64,000 bases of DNA from an uncultured Chloroflexia bacterium (GCA_963810095.1 CAWEMM010000007.1:128001-192000), one strand, 5' to 3'; numbered from the stretch's first letter, positions 9,825 through 20,669 are shown. Numbers and translations: made by a program. The notes: generated by a model not told the origin, from the sequence alone.

Positions 9825-9948
9825 GGCCGGCATGATAGCACATGGCATGTGATAGCACAGAAGTCTCATCCCGTGCTATGATGCCGGATGAACTCGGGCA
9901 GCCTGAGCGGCGTCGTGCGGGCCGCAACCACCCGTCAGGAGGGGTGCT

Positions 9949-11961
9949 ATTATCCCGCCATCGATCCTTGGCGTCGACGTCGGCGGCACGTTCACCGACT
10001 TCGTCTACATCGCCGGCGAGCAGGTAAAGATCACCAAGGTCCTTTCCACGCGGGCCGACCCGTCGCGGGCCATTCTGGAAGGTATCGATCGGCTTGGGGT
10101 GGCGCCCAACGCCGTCATCTCACATGGGACCACCGTCGCGACCAACGCCCTGCTGGAGCACCGCGGCGCGGCGACCGCCCTGATCACCACTTCCGGTTTT
10201 CGCGACGTGCTGGCCATCGGCCGGCAGACGCGGCCGAGCCTCTACCGGCTCTCCTTTCCGCCGCGGTGGACGCCTACCCCGGAGGCGCTGTGCTTCGGCG
10301 TGCCCGAGCGCGTCGCGCCCGACGGGTCCATCCTCGTGCCCCTGCAGGAGCACGAAGTCGAGCAGGTGCTGGACCAGGCGGTGGCCGGCGGCGCGGAATC
10401 GCTCGCAGTATGCCTCCTCTTCGCCTTCGCGAACCCCGCGCATGAGCAGTTGATCGGCGCGGCCGCACGGCGGCGCGGCTTGCCGGTTTCCCTTTCATCC
10501 GACATCCTGCCGGAGTTCCGCGAGTTCGAGCGTGCGTCGACCACGGTGCTGAACGCGTACGTCTCGCCGTTGATGCACCGCTACATTGCCGGGCTCCGGG
10601 CCGGCCTGGGCCCCGGCCGCCCACTGTGGATCATGCAGTCGTCTGGCGGCATCCTGACGGCGGAGGCCGCGCACGTTCAGGCTGTCCGCACGCTCCTATC
10701 GGGGCCGGCCGCCGGCGCACTTGGGGCATTCCACGTGGCTTCACAGGCGGGTCAGCCGAGGGTGATGACCTTCGATATGGGGGGCACTTCCACCGACGCG
10801 GCCCTCATCGACGGCCGGATCCCTCGTACCTCGGAGGGGAACATCGAGGGCTGGCCCGTGCGCGTGCCCACACTCGACATCCACACCGTTGGTGCAGGCG
10901 GCGGCTCGATCGGATGGGTCGACGCGGGCGGCGCGCTGCGCGTCGGGCCAGCGAGCGCAGGCAGTGAGCCGGGTCCGGCGTGTTATGGCCGGGGAGGTGA
11001 TCGCTTCACGGTCACGGACGCCAACCTGGTGCTTGGCCGGCTGCACCCCGGGCATTTCCTGGGGGGGCGGATGCGGCTGGATCCGGAGGCGGCGCGCTCT
11101 GCAGGCGAGCAGTTGGCCGGCCGTTTGCGCCTGAGCATGGAGGAACTAGCCGAAGGCGTGCTGCGGGTCGCGGATGCGCGCATGGAACAGGCGCTGCGGG
11201 TCATCTCCGTCGAGCGCGGCGCAGACCCGCGCGGCTTCACCTTGCTGCCCTTCGGAGGCGCCGGGCCGCTCCACGCCCTCTCGCTGGCCGAGGCTCTGCG
11301 CATCCCCCGGGTGCTGATCCCGCGGCATCCGGGCGTCCTGTCCGCGCTCGGGCTGGCGTTGGCCGACTTCATCGTGGACTTCTCGCAGACGGTGATGCTG
11401 CAGCCCTTGGAAGGGCAAGTGGACGAGGCCCAGCAGGTGCTCGCACGCGCCTTTGCTCCGCTCGAAGCGGCTGGCTGCGCCGCCCTTGCCGCCGAGGGAT
11501 TTGCGGGCGGCGATACCGCATTGTTGGAGCACGGCCTGGACGTACGGTATCAGGGCCAGTCCTTTGAGTTGAGCGTTCCGTTGGAGGGGATGGACCTTCG
11601 GCGGGCGCTCTCGGCCTTCCATGTCGCGCACGAGGTCAGGTATGGCTATGCCCGGCCCGGGGCGGCGGTCGAGATTGTCAACGTCCGGCTGACCGCCCGG
11701 GGGCTGCGGCCCAAGCTGTCGTTTCCCCCTGCTCCGCCCGCGGCCGGGTCCGACCCTGCCGTCGCGCTGGTCGACCGCCGGCCCATACACCTGCACGGAC
11801 GCTGGATGGAGGCGCCGGTGTACGAGCGCGGGCTGTTGAGACCGGGCCACACGCTGGCCGGGCCGGCCCTGGTCGTGCAGGAAGATGCCACGACCCTGGT
11901 CCTCCCCGGCTGGCGCGCGCGCGTCGACGCCTGGTTGAACCTGTCGCTAGAGGCTGATTAG
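9949..11961 (+). CDS. Hydantoinase/5-oxoprolinase subunit A (HyuA-like)
   Basis: 'GVDVGGTFTDF', 'HGTTVATNALLE', 'FDMGGTSTD', 'GAGGGSI', 'PGPACYGRGG'; start codon uncertain (see findings). Confidence 0.92.
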   Translation: MIPPSILGVDVGGTFTDFVYIAGEQVKITKVLSTRADPSRAILEGIDRLGVAPNAVISHGTTVATNALLEHRGAATALITTSGFRDVLAIGRQTRPSLYRLSFPPRWTPTPEALCFGVPERVAPDGSILVPLQEHEVEQVLDQAVAGGAESLAVCLLFAFANPAHEQLIGAAARRRGLPVSLSSDILPEFREFERASTTVLNAYVSPLMHRYIAGLRAGLGPGRPLWIMQSSGGILTAEAAHVQAVRTLLSGPAAGALGAFHVASQAGQPRVMTFDMGGTSTDAALIDGRIPRTSEGNIEGWPVRVPTLDIHTVGAGGGSIGWVDAGGALRVGPASAGSEPGPACYGRGGDRFTVTDANLVLGRLHPGHFLGGRMRLDPEAARSAGEQLAGRLRLSMEELAEGVLRVADARMEQALRVISVERGADPRGFTLLPFGGAGPLHALSLAEALRIPRVLIPRHPGVLSALGLALADFIVDFSQTVMLQPLEGQVDEAQQVLARAFAPLEAAGCAALAAEGFAGGDTALLEHGLDVRYQGQSFELSVPLEGMDLRRALSAFHVAHEVRYGYARPGAAVEIVNVRLTARGLRPKLSFPPAPPAAGSDPAVALVDRRPIHLHGRWMEAPVYERGLLRPGHTLAGPALVVQEDATTLVLPGWRARVDAWLNLSLEAD

Positions 11962-12033
11962 CCACAAAGACACGTGGGCTCAACGCTTCGCAATCCTCGT
12001 GGTGCGTCTTCGTGTCCTTGTGCCTTTGTGGTG
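11961..12033. repeat. REP-like palindrome family A
   Basis: gccacaaagacac ... gtgtccttgtgcctttgtggtg between hyuA and hyuB. Confidence 0.75.
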
Positions 12034-12054
12034 AAGGTAGTGTCGGAGTTGCGA

Positions 12055-13663
12055 ATGGCCGGTTTTGACCCTGTCTTGCTCGAGATCATGAACAGCTTGC
12101 TTGCGGCGGTGGCAGAGGAGATGGGCGCGGCCCTGCGGCGGACGGCCTACTCGCCAAACATCAAGGAGCGCCGCGACTTTTCCTGCGCGGTGTTCGACGC
12201 GCACGCTCATCTCGTCGCGCAGGCCGCACACATCCCCGTCCATCTCGGCGCCATGCCGCTGTCGGTCGCAGCCGCTATCGAGCGCTTCCCGCACCTGGCG
12301 GATGGCGACATCGTGGTCCTGAACGACCCGTACGCGGGCGGCTCGCACCTGCCCGACATCACGATGGTTGCGCCCGTCTTCGCAGCCGAGGAACCCGGTG
12401 ATCTGCTCGGCTACGTTGCCTCACGCGCCCACCATGCCGACGTGGGGGGCATTACGCCGGGCTCCATGCCCCTGGCCGACGAGCTTTTCCAGGAGGGCCT
12501 GATCATTCCACCGGTGCTTCTGCAAAGGCGGGGTGTGCCAGACGAGGGTGTGCGTGACCTGATCACCCGCAACAGCCGCACGCCGGAGGAGCGATTAGGC
12601 GATCTCGAGCGCGCAACTGTCGGCCCAACGACTGGGCGCCCGGCGGGTACAGGAACTGGCGGCCCGTTATGGTCGGGGCCTCTTGGCAGAGTACATGGCC
12701 CATCTCCAGGACTACGCGGAGCGATCGGTCCGTGTGTTGATCGACAGCATGCCGCCCGGCCAGTTTACCTTCGAGGACGTCATGGACGACGACGGGTTCG
12801 GGAATGTGGACCTGCCCATTCGCGTAGCCATAGAGGTGCAGGAAGGGGACCTTGTCGTGGACTTCACCGGCACCGCGCCGCAGACGCGGGGCGGTATCAA
12901 CGCGGTGCGTCCGGTGACGGTGTCTGCCGTCTACTACGTCGTCCGCTGCCTGATCGGCGACTCGCCTGTGCCGACCAACGCAGGGATCTTTCGCCCATTG
13001 CGGATAGTCACGCAACCTGGAACGCTGGTCGACGCACGATTTGGAGCCGCAGTTGCGGCCGGGAATGTCGAGACGTCGCAGCGCATCGTCGACGTCGTGC
13101 TGGGCGCGTTCGGACGCGCCTTCCTGCATGCCGCACCTGAGCGGGCGGTCGCGGCCTCACAGGGCACCATGAACAATATCACGATCGGCGGGATTGATCC
13201 CCGCAGCGGCCGGCCTTTCGCATACTACGAGACGGTTGCAGGGGGGATGGGCGGCAGTGGCGTATCAGACGGGCTTTCGGGTGTGCACGTCCACATGACC
13301 AATACCCTCAACACGCCGGCCGAGGCGTTGGAGTACGCGTATCCGCTGCGAGTGACACGCTACGAGCTTCGCCGCGGCTCGGGCGGCGCGGGACGGCAGC
13401 GGGGCGGCGACGGGCTGATCCGGGAGATCGAACTGCTGGGCGACGCGACAGTCACCCTGTTGTCTGAGCGGCGACGGCGCGCGCCGTACGGCTTGGACGG
13501 CGGCGGCGAAGGGAAGCGGGGCGAGAACTGGTACTGCCCGAACGGCGGCGAGCCGCGCCGGCTCGGCGGTAAGGCGACGTTCGGCGCGCAGCGCGGGGAT
13601 CGGGTGCGCATGGAAACCCCTGGCGGCGGGGGCACAGGCGTGATCGACGACCCGGCGGACTAG
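12055..13663 (+). CDS. Hydantoinase B/oxoprolinase subunit B (HyuB-like), frameshifted near 12610-12640
   Basis: 'AYSPNIKERRDFSCA', 'NDPYAGGSHLPD', 'HHADVGG', 'QGTMNN', 'NTPAEALE', 'TPGGGG'; split over ORFs 11974..13140 and 12683..13663. Confidence 0.92.
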
Positions 13664-13761
13664 CCGAATCGCAGCGCTGGGATGTGCGCTGGGGCCGGTC
13701 CCTGACCGGCCCCGGCCAAGACAAACGAACGAGCCTGAAGGACAGGTAGGCCCTGTACGCT

Positions 13762-14142
13762 CTATTCCGCCGTCCCGGACGTCTTCCGCGGTGCACGAAC
13801 CGGCTTCGCCCGCCGGCCATCGACCAGTAGGTGCATCACGGCCAGGTACGGGTGCTTCCACATCATCCGTGGCCCGGCGTACCGCATCACCTGGCGTACT
13901 TCTTCCCGCCGGTCAAGCTTGTAGCAGTGCGTCGGGCATTTCGCACAGGTGGTCTTCTGTTCCTGGTACGGGCATTTGTTCAGCCGCAGCCCGGCGTAGG
14001 ACTGCAGGCTCTGGCACGACTCGCACAGCGCGTCACCCCGGCTCCCGTGCTTGTCGTGGCAGTAGATGGCGACCATCGCCTCGATCGTTCGTGCCTCGCG
14101 CGCCATGCGCGGGCTCGTATTGGTCAGTTCGATGCGTTGCAC
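13762..14142 (-). CDS. YgbA-like (nitrous-oxide-stimulated promoter family) Cys-rich protein
   Basis: 'RE.RTI..M..IYC..KH..C..C..L..YA..RL.KCPY..KTTC.KC..HCY..VMRYAGPRMM..HP' pattern. Confidence 0.85.
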   Translation of the reverse strand: MQRIELTNTSPRMAREARTIEAMVAIYCHDKHGSRGDALCESCQSLQSYAGLRLNKCPYQEQKTTCAKCPTHCYKLDRREEVRQVMRYAGPRMMWKHPYLAVMHLLVDGRRAKPVRAPRKTSGTAE

Positions 14143-14503
14143 GCGTCCAACCCCTTGATAGTGTGATCACCGCCAGTATAGCGGTTATGTCCCGAGCCGC
14201 AGCGACTTTTGTCCCCTTCGCGCTGGCAGCAGAAAGTGGGCTGCCATCTTATCCGCGTCGCCTTGGCACCGGCATTCAAGACGACTTGCTTATTTGCAGC
14301 CTCACGCGCTATACTAGCGCCAGCCTGCCCCTCTGCAGGCGCATTGCCCCGCCAGGTCTCAGCGTTGAGCGTGCGCGCATGCACACATGCCCGGCATGTG
14401 CCCACATGCGTCGGCCGATGTCGGCCCGGACTGCGCCGCTCGAAGGCCGCGCCGCACGCGCACTCGACGCTGCTCATTGTTGGTCCCTGTTCGCACGGTC
14501 CAC

Positions 14504-14555
14504 ACCGCCCGGTTGCAAACCGCCCGATTGCAAACCGCCCGGTTGCAAACCGCCC
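14504..14555. repeat. 15-bp tandem repeat, 3.5 copies (ACCGCCCGRTTGCAA)
   Basis: Units start at 14504, 14519, 14534 and 14549 (partial). Confidence 0.9.
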
Positions 14556-14658
14556 TTTTCTGTTTAGCCTTGCCCTGGCAGCGTCTTGACCCTCCTTCGT
14601 AGCACACGCTAACCCGCACGCCCGCGGCCTGGCCCCATCCCAGGACGGAGGCTCGCAC

Positions 14659-16106
14659 ATGTACGTACGGCTCAGTAACGGCAGACAGATCCCGGTCGAG
14701 GCGCACAAGGTTAAGATCGTGCAGCGCACCGATCTCCCCCCGGTCGAGCAGCGCTTGCGTGCCATGCAGGAGGCCGGCTACAACACCTTCCTGCTGCGCA
14801 CCGCGACGTCTTCCTCGACATGCTCACCGACAGCGGCACCAATGCCATGAGCGACAACCAGCTTGCCGCCATGATGGTGGCCGACGATGCTTACGCCGGC
14901 TCCGAAAGCTTTTACAAGCTGGCCGATGCAGTGAAGGACGTTTTTGGCTTCAAGTACACCCTGCCCGTGCACCAGGGTCGGGCAGCCGAGCACCTGCTTG
15001 CCAAGGTGTTCATCAAGCCCGGCAGCTACGCCATTATGAACTATCACTTCACCACCAGCCGGGCGCACGTGGAGTTGGCGGGCGGCACGGTCCTGGAGCT
15101 GTACGGCGACGAGGCGCTTAACACCGACTCGGTCGACCCGTTCAAGGGCAACATGGACCTCGGCCGGCTGCAGGCGGCGATCGACAAGCACGGCGCGGAG
15201 AACATCGGCTACATCCGAATGGAGGCGACGACCAACCTAATCGGCGGGCAGCCCTTCTCCATGGACAACCTGCGCGCGGTCAAGGACATCGCCGGGCGGT
15301 ACGGCATCCCACTCGTCTTTGACGGCAGTCTCATCTCGGAAAACGCGTTCCTCGTGCGCGAGCGCGAGGCCGAATGCCAGTCGTGCTCGATTGCCGAAGT
15401 CATCCGCAAGATGATGGAGTACGTCGATATCCTCTACCTGTCGGGGCGGAAATCGGCGGCCGTGCGCGGCGGCCTCATCGCCACCAACGACGACAAACAC
15501 TACAACGACATCCTCAACTGGCTGCCGGTGTACGAAGGCTTCGCCACGTACGGCGGCATGTCGACGAAGGAAGTTGAGGCCATGGCGGTGGGCCTGCGCG
15601 AGATGACCGATCCAATGGTGGCCGGCTCGGGCGCCGAGTTTGTGCGCTATTTCGTCGAGCGGCTGTGTGAGGAAGGCGTGCCTGTCGTGACGCCGGCGGG
15701 TGGCCTGGCGTGTCACGTGGACGCCTGGCGCTTTGCCCCCCACATCCCCCAGAACCAATATATCGCCGGTGCGGTTGCGGCCGCTATCTATCTTGCATCT
15801 GGCGTCCGCAGCATGGAGCGCGGCACGATCTCCACGGACCGTGACCCCGTCACCGGCGCCGAAATCATGGCCGACCTCGAGTTGGCTCGCCTGGCCGTCC
15901 CCCGGCGCACCTACACGATGTCGCACATCGAATACACGGTCGACCGGATTGCCTGGCTCTATCGTCACCGGGAAATGATCCACGGCCTGAAGTTCGTCCA
16001 GGAGCCGCCGGTCTTGCGCTTCTTCTTTGGGCGCTTGGCGCCGGTAGACGGCTGGGCGCAGGAGCTCGCCGCCGCATTCAAAGCGGAGTACGGCGAAGCG
16101 ATGTAG
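14659..16106 (+). CDS. Tyrosine phenol-lyase/tryptophanase family beta-eliminating lyase (frameshift near 14800)
   Basis: GGAGG RBS; 'EAGYNTFLL..DVFLDMLTDSGTNAMS', 'HQGRAAE', PLP-Lys motif 'LSGRKS', 'TYGGM', 'RSMERG', 'LRFF'. Confidence 0.9.
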
Positions 16107-16204
16107 CGAGGACGGCTCGCAGATTGGACTGATGCGACCGATCTACCTGGTCTTGGAGCATCGCGGCGTTCTGCCGTCGATCAAAGCGAACGATCAGGAG
16201 AGCC

Positions 16205-17125
16205 TCAAGAAGCCAGGTTTCTAGCCGACACCTGGCTTCTTCTATAAGAGGTAAATCCTTCGATCCAGTAGATCGCCAGTGCGATCCAGATCACGACGAA
16301 GCCGATCAGCCGGGCCTGGTTGAACGGCTCGTCGAAGATGAACACCCCGATCATGAACTGGAGCGTGGGCGCGACGTACTGGAGCAGGCCGAGGGTGATC
16401 ATGGTGACGTGGCGCGCGCCGAAGTTGAACAGGAGCATCGGGATCGCCGTCGCCGCGCCCGCGCCGAGCAGCAGCAGCGTAGCACCTGTCCCCGAGCGGC
16501 CCAGTGCGCCCGTCCCCTGCCCGTTGAGTACCAGCAGGTAGGCGACACTGGGGATGAACAGGAGCAGCATTTCCAGGGTCGAACCCTCGATGGAGCCCAG
16601 CTTGCCTGTCTTCCGCAAGAGGCCGTAGACGCCGAACGTGAAGGCCAGCGTCAGCGCGACCCAGGGCAGCCGTCCCAGGTCCACCGTCAGGTACAGGACG
16701 CCCAGCAGCGCCACGAGCACCGCCGCAGCTTGCCAGCGGCGCAGCCGCTCGTGGAGGAATACGAGCCCCAGCAGCACATTGACCAGCGGGTTGATGAAGT
16801 AGCCAAGACTCGCCTCGACGAGATGGCCGCTGTTGTTCGCCCAGAGATACACGCCGTAGTTGATCGCCAGCAGGATGGCAGTAACCACATAGCGACTGTA
16901 ATCGACGGGGCGCCTGGTCACATCCCGCAGCCAACCCCATCGCCCGGTGATCGCAAGCACGATCAGGATGAACACCAGCGACCACACGAAGCGGTGGGCC
17001 AGGATCTCTTGAGCGGGCACACCCTTGAGCCCGTGCCAGTAGACGGGTAGAACACCCCACAAGACATACGCCAGGAGCGCGGCGAGCGCACCGTTCTTCT
17101 TCAACACGAGCCTCCCAACGGACAA
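16205..17125 (-). CDS. rarD: EamA/RarD-family transporter
   Basis: 'AYVLWG.LP.YW', 'EASLGYFINPLVNVLLG...ERL', 'LGLLQY.APTLQF' are RarD hallmarks. Confidence 0.9.
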   Translation of the reverse strand: MSVGRLVLKKNGALAALLAYVLWGVLPVYWHGLKGVPAQEILAHRFVWSLVFILIVLAITGRWGWLRDVTRRPVDYSRYVVTAILLAINYGVYLWANNSGHLVEASLGYFINPLVNVLLGLVFLHERLRRWQAAAVLVALLGVLYLTVDLGRLPWVALTLAFTFGVYGLLRKTGKLGSIEGSTLEMLLLFIPSVAYLLVLNGQGTGALGRSGTGATLLLLGAGAATAIPMLLFNFGARHVTMITLGLLQYVAPTLQFMIGVFIFDEPFNQARLIGFVVIWIALAIYWIEGFTSYRRSQVSARNLAS

Positions 17126-17180
17126 ACCGGCTGATTGTAGCCCGGGTCGGGAAGGGTGTCAACGAATGGTCGTTCCCGCT

Positions 17181-18068
17181 TCAGAAGCCGCCGCCGGAGG
17201 GGGCCCATGGCGCGGCCCACCTTCCACCTGGAGAAGCCGGGCCCAGGATGGGGCCGGCAGAAGGCGAGCCCGCCGCCCGAGACCACTGCCACGTGAACCC
17301 GTAGCTGGTGTGGATCGCCCATTGCGGTTGTTCGATGCTGCCCATGCCAAGGTTGGTTACGGCGTCGCCCGGGATGCCGTCGGCCGGTTTCACCTGGTAC
17401 ACGGGCGCGACGGCGTACATGGGGAAGTTGGCGGCGTACAACTCGCCCGGCTTCATCTCCGTGACGATGCGCTGATAGAGCGTCCCGCCATCCAGCGAGG
17501 TGACATTGAAAGCAATCCCCGGCTGGCGTTCGCCAGGGACGTTGCGCGCGTCCACCAGGATGTGGTGCTGGCCCGCGAACGGCGGTTCGTTCTCCGCGTA
17601 CCACACGCCCTTGATCAGCCGCCAGTACCACTGCCCCGGCTGCACCTGCGCGGGCAGGATCTTCGCGCCCCGTTGGTCGAGCCGCGGATCCCACTCGATT
17701 TGGCTGGGCGCACGCGTCGGGGTGGCCGTGGGGCTCGCAGTCATGGTCGGAGTGGGGCTTGGGGTGACCGGCACGGTATATGTCGCAGTCGGGGTCGGAG
17801 TGAAGGTCTGCGTCGCGGTGGGTGTTGGGCTCGGCGTCCAGGTCTCCGTGGGTGTGGGGCTCGGCGTGAAGGTTTCGGTGGCGGTCGGCGTCGGGCTTGG
17901 CGTCGACGTTGCCGTCGGCGTCGGCGTTGGCGGATTCGCTACGACCGGCAGATAGACCCACCATGAGGGTGGTTCGTCTGCAAAGGCCGGCCCGCGCGTC
18001 GACGGCAGCAGAACGGCGCAGACGGCGAGCAGGAGAACTGTAAACACGAGGACGAGGTGGCGTCGCAT
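17181..18068 (-). CDS. Secreted protein with Pro/Thr-rich linker and small C-terminal beta-domain
   Basis: Signal peptide (MRRHLVLVF...AFA); 'YLPVV' motif; ~60-aa TPTP repeat linker; globular C-terminus. Confidence 0.75.
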   Translation of the reverse strand: MRRHLVLVFTVLLLAVCAVLLPSTRGPAFADEPPSWWVYLPVVANPPTPTPTATSTPSPTPTATETFTPSPTPTETWTPSPTPTATQTFTPTPTATYTVPVTPSPTPTMTASPTATPTRAPSQIEWDPRLDQRGAKILPAQVQPGQWYWRLIKGVWYAENEPPFAGQHHILVDARNVPGERQPGIAFNVTSLDGGTLYQRIVTEMKPGELYAANFPMYAVAPVYQVKPADGIPGDAVTNLGMGSIEQPQWAIHTSYGFTWQWSRAAGSPSAGPILGPASPGGRWAAPWAPSGGGF

Positions 18069-18338
18069 AGGAGTCGCTCCGGGAGCGGGATGGGGTGCCC
18101 AAACGGGTCGCAAAACGAACGAGCTTTACGTGCGCAGCTCTCTAGACCGAGCGCCAGAGCGAACATTTTCACGCTGCGACTCGTTTTGAAGTGCCGCGCA
18201 GGTGACAGCGGACATCGTCATGTTGCGCCTTGTTTGGTGGGTATATTATGCCTCCCGACCGGGCTAACGGCCAAGCGAGAAAACCGTCTGAGAGATACGA
18301 TACGGTGCAAGCCCGTCGGGACGTGATATACTCGCCGC

Positions 18339-19001
18339 ATGGTCAACCCTGTGCTCACCGTCTACCGCCGCGCGTTCTTCCACTTGTATGGTTGGGCCAC
18401 GCTGCGCCTGTACGACGAACTGGCCTGGGCGTATGACCCGGTCAGCCGGTTGGTGAGCGGGGGGCGCTGGGACGCGTGGCGCCGCTTCGCACTCGACGAC
18501 GTGCAGGGGCCGCGCGTGCTCGAACTCGGCTTCGGCACCGGCGAGCTGCTCCTCGAGATGCGGCGCCGGGGCCTGGCGGCGGTCGGCCTCGACCCGTCGC
18601 GCCCCATGCACCGGGTGTTGAGCCGCAAGGGCGCCAGGCAGGGGCTGAACGTGCCGCGGCTGCTTGCGCGCGCCGAGGCGCTGCCGTTCCCGTCCTCTTC
18701 CTTCGACACCGTCGTCTCGACCTTCCCCGCCAACTACATCATCGAGGCGCCCACGCTGAGCGAGGTGGCGCGGGTGCTGGCGCCCGCCGGCCGCTTTGTC
18801 ATCGCCGGGCTGATCGTCCAGGTGCCCCACTCGGCGCGCTACCCGCTGTCGATCGTTCCGGATGGGCCATGGCCCCGGCTGTGGCGCTACTTCACCGGCG
18901 TGGCGGGTGAGGCGGGCCTGACCTGCCGCGTGACCTGGCGGGAGGATGGTCGTGCGCGGGTGCCCGTGGTCGTGTGCACGCCGGCGGAGACGGGGGCATG
19001 A
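18339..19001 (+). CDS. Class I SAM-dependent methyltransferase
   Basis: 'VLELGFGTG', 'GLDPS', 'AEALPF...FDTVV', 'RVLAPAGRF'. Confidence 0.9.
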   Translation: MVNPVLTVYRRAFFHLYGWATLRLYDELAWAYDPVSRLVSGGRWDAWRRFALDDVQGPRVLELGFGTGELLLEMRRRGLAAVGLDPSRPMHRVLSRKGARQGLNVPRLLARAEALPFPSSSFDTVVSTFPANYIIEAPTLSEVARVLAPAGRFVIAGLIVQVPHSARYPLSIVPDGPWPRLWRYFTGVAGEAGLTCRVTWREDGRARVPVVVCTPAETGA

Positions 19002-19792
19002 CGGCGCTGACATCGCACCTCGCGGGTGCGGCCGACGTCGTCTCTTCGACCGGCAGCACCCGGCTCGTCGTCCTGCGCGGCGAGCCGCGCCTTTACAGCA
19101 ACGCGCAACTCGACGACTACGCCGGCCTGCCCCGATCCAGGTTCCCCCACAAACCACCGTTGACCTTCAGCCTGCGGGCCAGGTTTTCACACGAAGCGGC
19201 GACGGAGCGGCGCGCAGGACTGGCGGGCACCGCGGGCTTCGGATTCTGGAACGACCCGTTCATGATGACCGAGCCGCGGCCGCCGCTGTTGCCGCGGGCG
19301 CTCTGGTTCTTTTATGCCAGCCCGCCGTCCGACATGAAGCTGGATCTGAACACGCCCGGTTGGGGCTGGAAGGCGGCTGCCATCGACGCGCTGCGCCCCT
19401 CGGTCATTGGGCCGGCGCTGGCCGCACCGCTGCTGGTGCCGCTGATGAACGTGCCGGTTCTTTACCGCCGGGCGTGGCCGGCGATCCAGCGCCGGCTGCG
19501 GATTGCCGAGGCGCTTGTCCCCGGACGGATGACCGGCTGGCACACCTACTCGATCGAGTGGGGTGTGGGGCCAGGGCTTGGCAGGGCCCGGTTCCGCGTT
19601 GACGGGGTACTGCTTCTCGACGCGCCGGCGCCCCGGGGCCCGCTCGGGCTGGTAACCTGGTGCGACAACCAGTACATGGTCGTCCTGCCGTGGGGCAGGT
19701 TGGGCCATGGCCTGCTCGAGACAGGCGAACAGTGGCTCGAGATCGCGGATATCGAGCTGGATCACTCAGCCGGGGAAGGCAGGGGCTCATGA
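18998..19792 (+). CDS. Hypothetical protein, ConA/GH16-like beta-sandwich suspected
   Basis: ATGA overlap with both neighbours; 'YSNAQLDDY', 'GTAGFGFWNDP', 'WHTYSIEW', 'FRVDG'. Confidence 0.65.
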   Translation: MTALTSHLAGAADVVSSTGSTRLVVLRGEPRLYSNAQLDDYAGLPRSRFPHKPPLTFSLRARFSHEAATERRAGLAGTAGFGFWNDPFMMTEPRPPLLPRALWFFYASPPSDMKLDLNTPGWGWKAAAIDALRPSVIGPALAAPLLVPLMNVPVLYRRAWPAIQRRLRIAEALVPGRMTGWHTYSIEWGVGPGLGRARFRVDGVLLLDAPAPRGPLGLVTWCDNQYMVVLPWGRLGHGLLETGEQWLEIADIELDHSAGEGRGS

Positions 19793-20460
19793 GGATCGAG
19801 GAACTCACGCTGGACGCCGCGGATCTCGCTCCGCTGTACGAGTTTTACGGGGGGGATCTCGGACTTCCGGTCGTGCGGCGCAGCGCCGACCTCCTGGCCT
19901 TGCAGGTTGGGGCAACAAGGCTGCAATTTCGGCGCGGTCCCGTACGCCCCTGCTATCACTTTGCCTTCAACGTCCATCCCGCGCGCTTCGAGCGGACGCG
20001 CGCTGCGCTCGCAGCGATCACCCCCCTGCTGAACGATGGTCACGGGGAAGAGGTCTTCGACTTTCGTGCCTGGGACGCGCGCGCTAGCTATTCGTTCGAT
20101 CCGGCGGGTAACGTCCTCGAGATCATCGGTCGCCGCGAACTCTCGGCTATGTCCGTGCCGGACGGGCCGGGTTGGCTGTGCGTGGGCGAGATCGGCCTCG
20201 TAACAGATGACGTGCCCGCGCTCGCCATCCGCATCGGCCGCGAGACCGGCACGCCTGTTTACCGGGAGTCGGCAGGCGAGACGTTTGCCGCGCTCGGCGA
20301 TGCCGAGGGCCTCCTGATTCTGGTCGAGCGGGGACGCCCATGGTACCCGGACACCGGGAAGCCGGCCGTCGCCGCGCCCGTCAGCGCCGTGGTCTCCGCG
20401 GGGGCGCAGGTCTGGCAGTTGCAGGGGCCGCCCTACGAGTTCGCTCCCCGCCCCAAGTAG
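19789..20460 (+). CDS. VOC/glyoxalase-superfamily protein
   Basis: 'FYGGDLGL', 'YHFAFNV', 'YSFDPAGNVLEII'; ATGA coupling to the upstream gene. Confidence 0.85.
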   Translation: MRIEELTLDAADLAPLYEFYGGDLGLPVVRRSADLLALQVGATRLQFRRGPVRPCYHFAFNVHPARFERTRAALAAITPLLNDGHGEEVFDFRAWDARASYSFDPAGNVLEIIGRRELSAMSVPDGPGWLCVGEIGLVTDDVPALAIRIGRETGTPVYRESAGETFAALGDAEGLLILVERGRPWYPDTGKPAVAAPVSAVVSAGAQVWQLQGPPYEFAPRPK

Positions 20461-20669
20461 CTCGAAAGGCACGCCCCGCTCGCCCTCCGTAATGCCGCCG
20501 CTTTGGGCGCCGCTCCGAACCCTCTGCTGCTACAATTGTCCTGTCTTGGGTGATTTGTCAATAATAATGGAACAAGCGCCCCGCGCGGCCACGTCTTGAC
20601 GCACGCTGCTGTTTCCGGCGCTCGCCAGTCCCGGTGACAGCAGATTGCACGGGGCGAGGGTTCGGATTG

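Noticed and set aside
14504-14555. CRISPR-like array
   Set aside because: Repeats are contiguous 15-mers with no spacers and there are no cas genes
14387-14602. Possible TnaC-like Trp leader peptide (…PWQRLDPPS*) upstream of the lyase
   Set aside because: No RBS; the Trp-to-stop spacing does not match TnaC; the ORF merely reads through the 15-bp repeat; and the enzyme looks TPL-like
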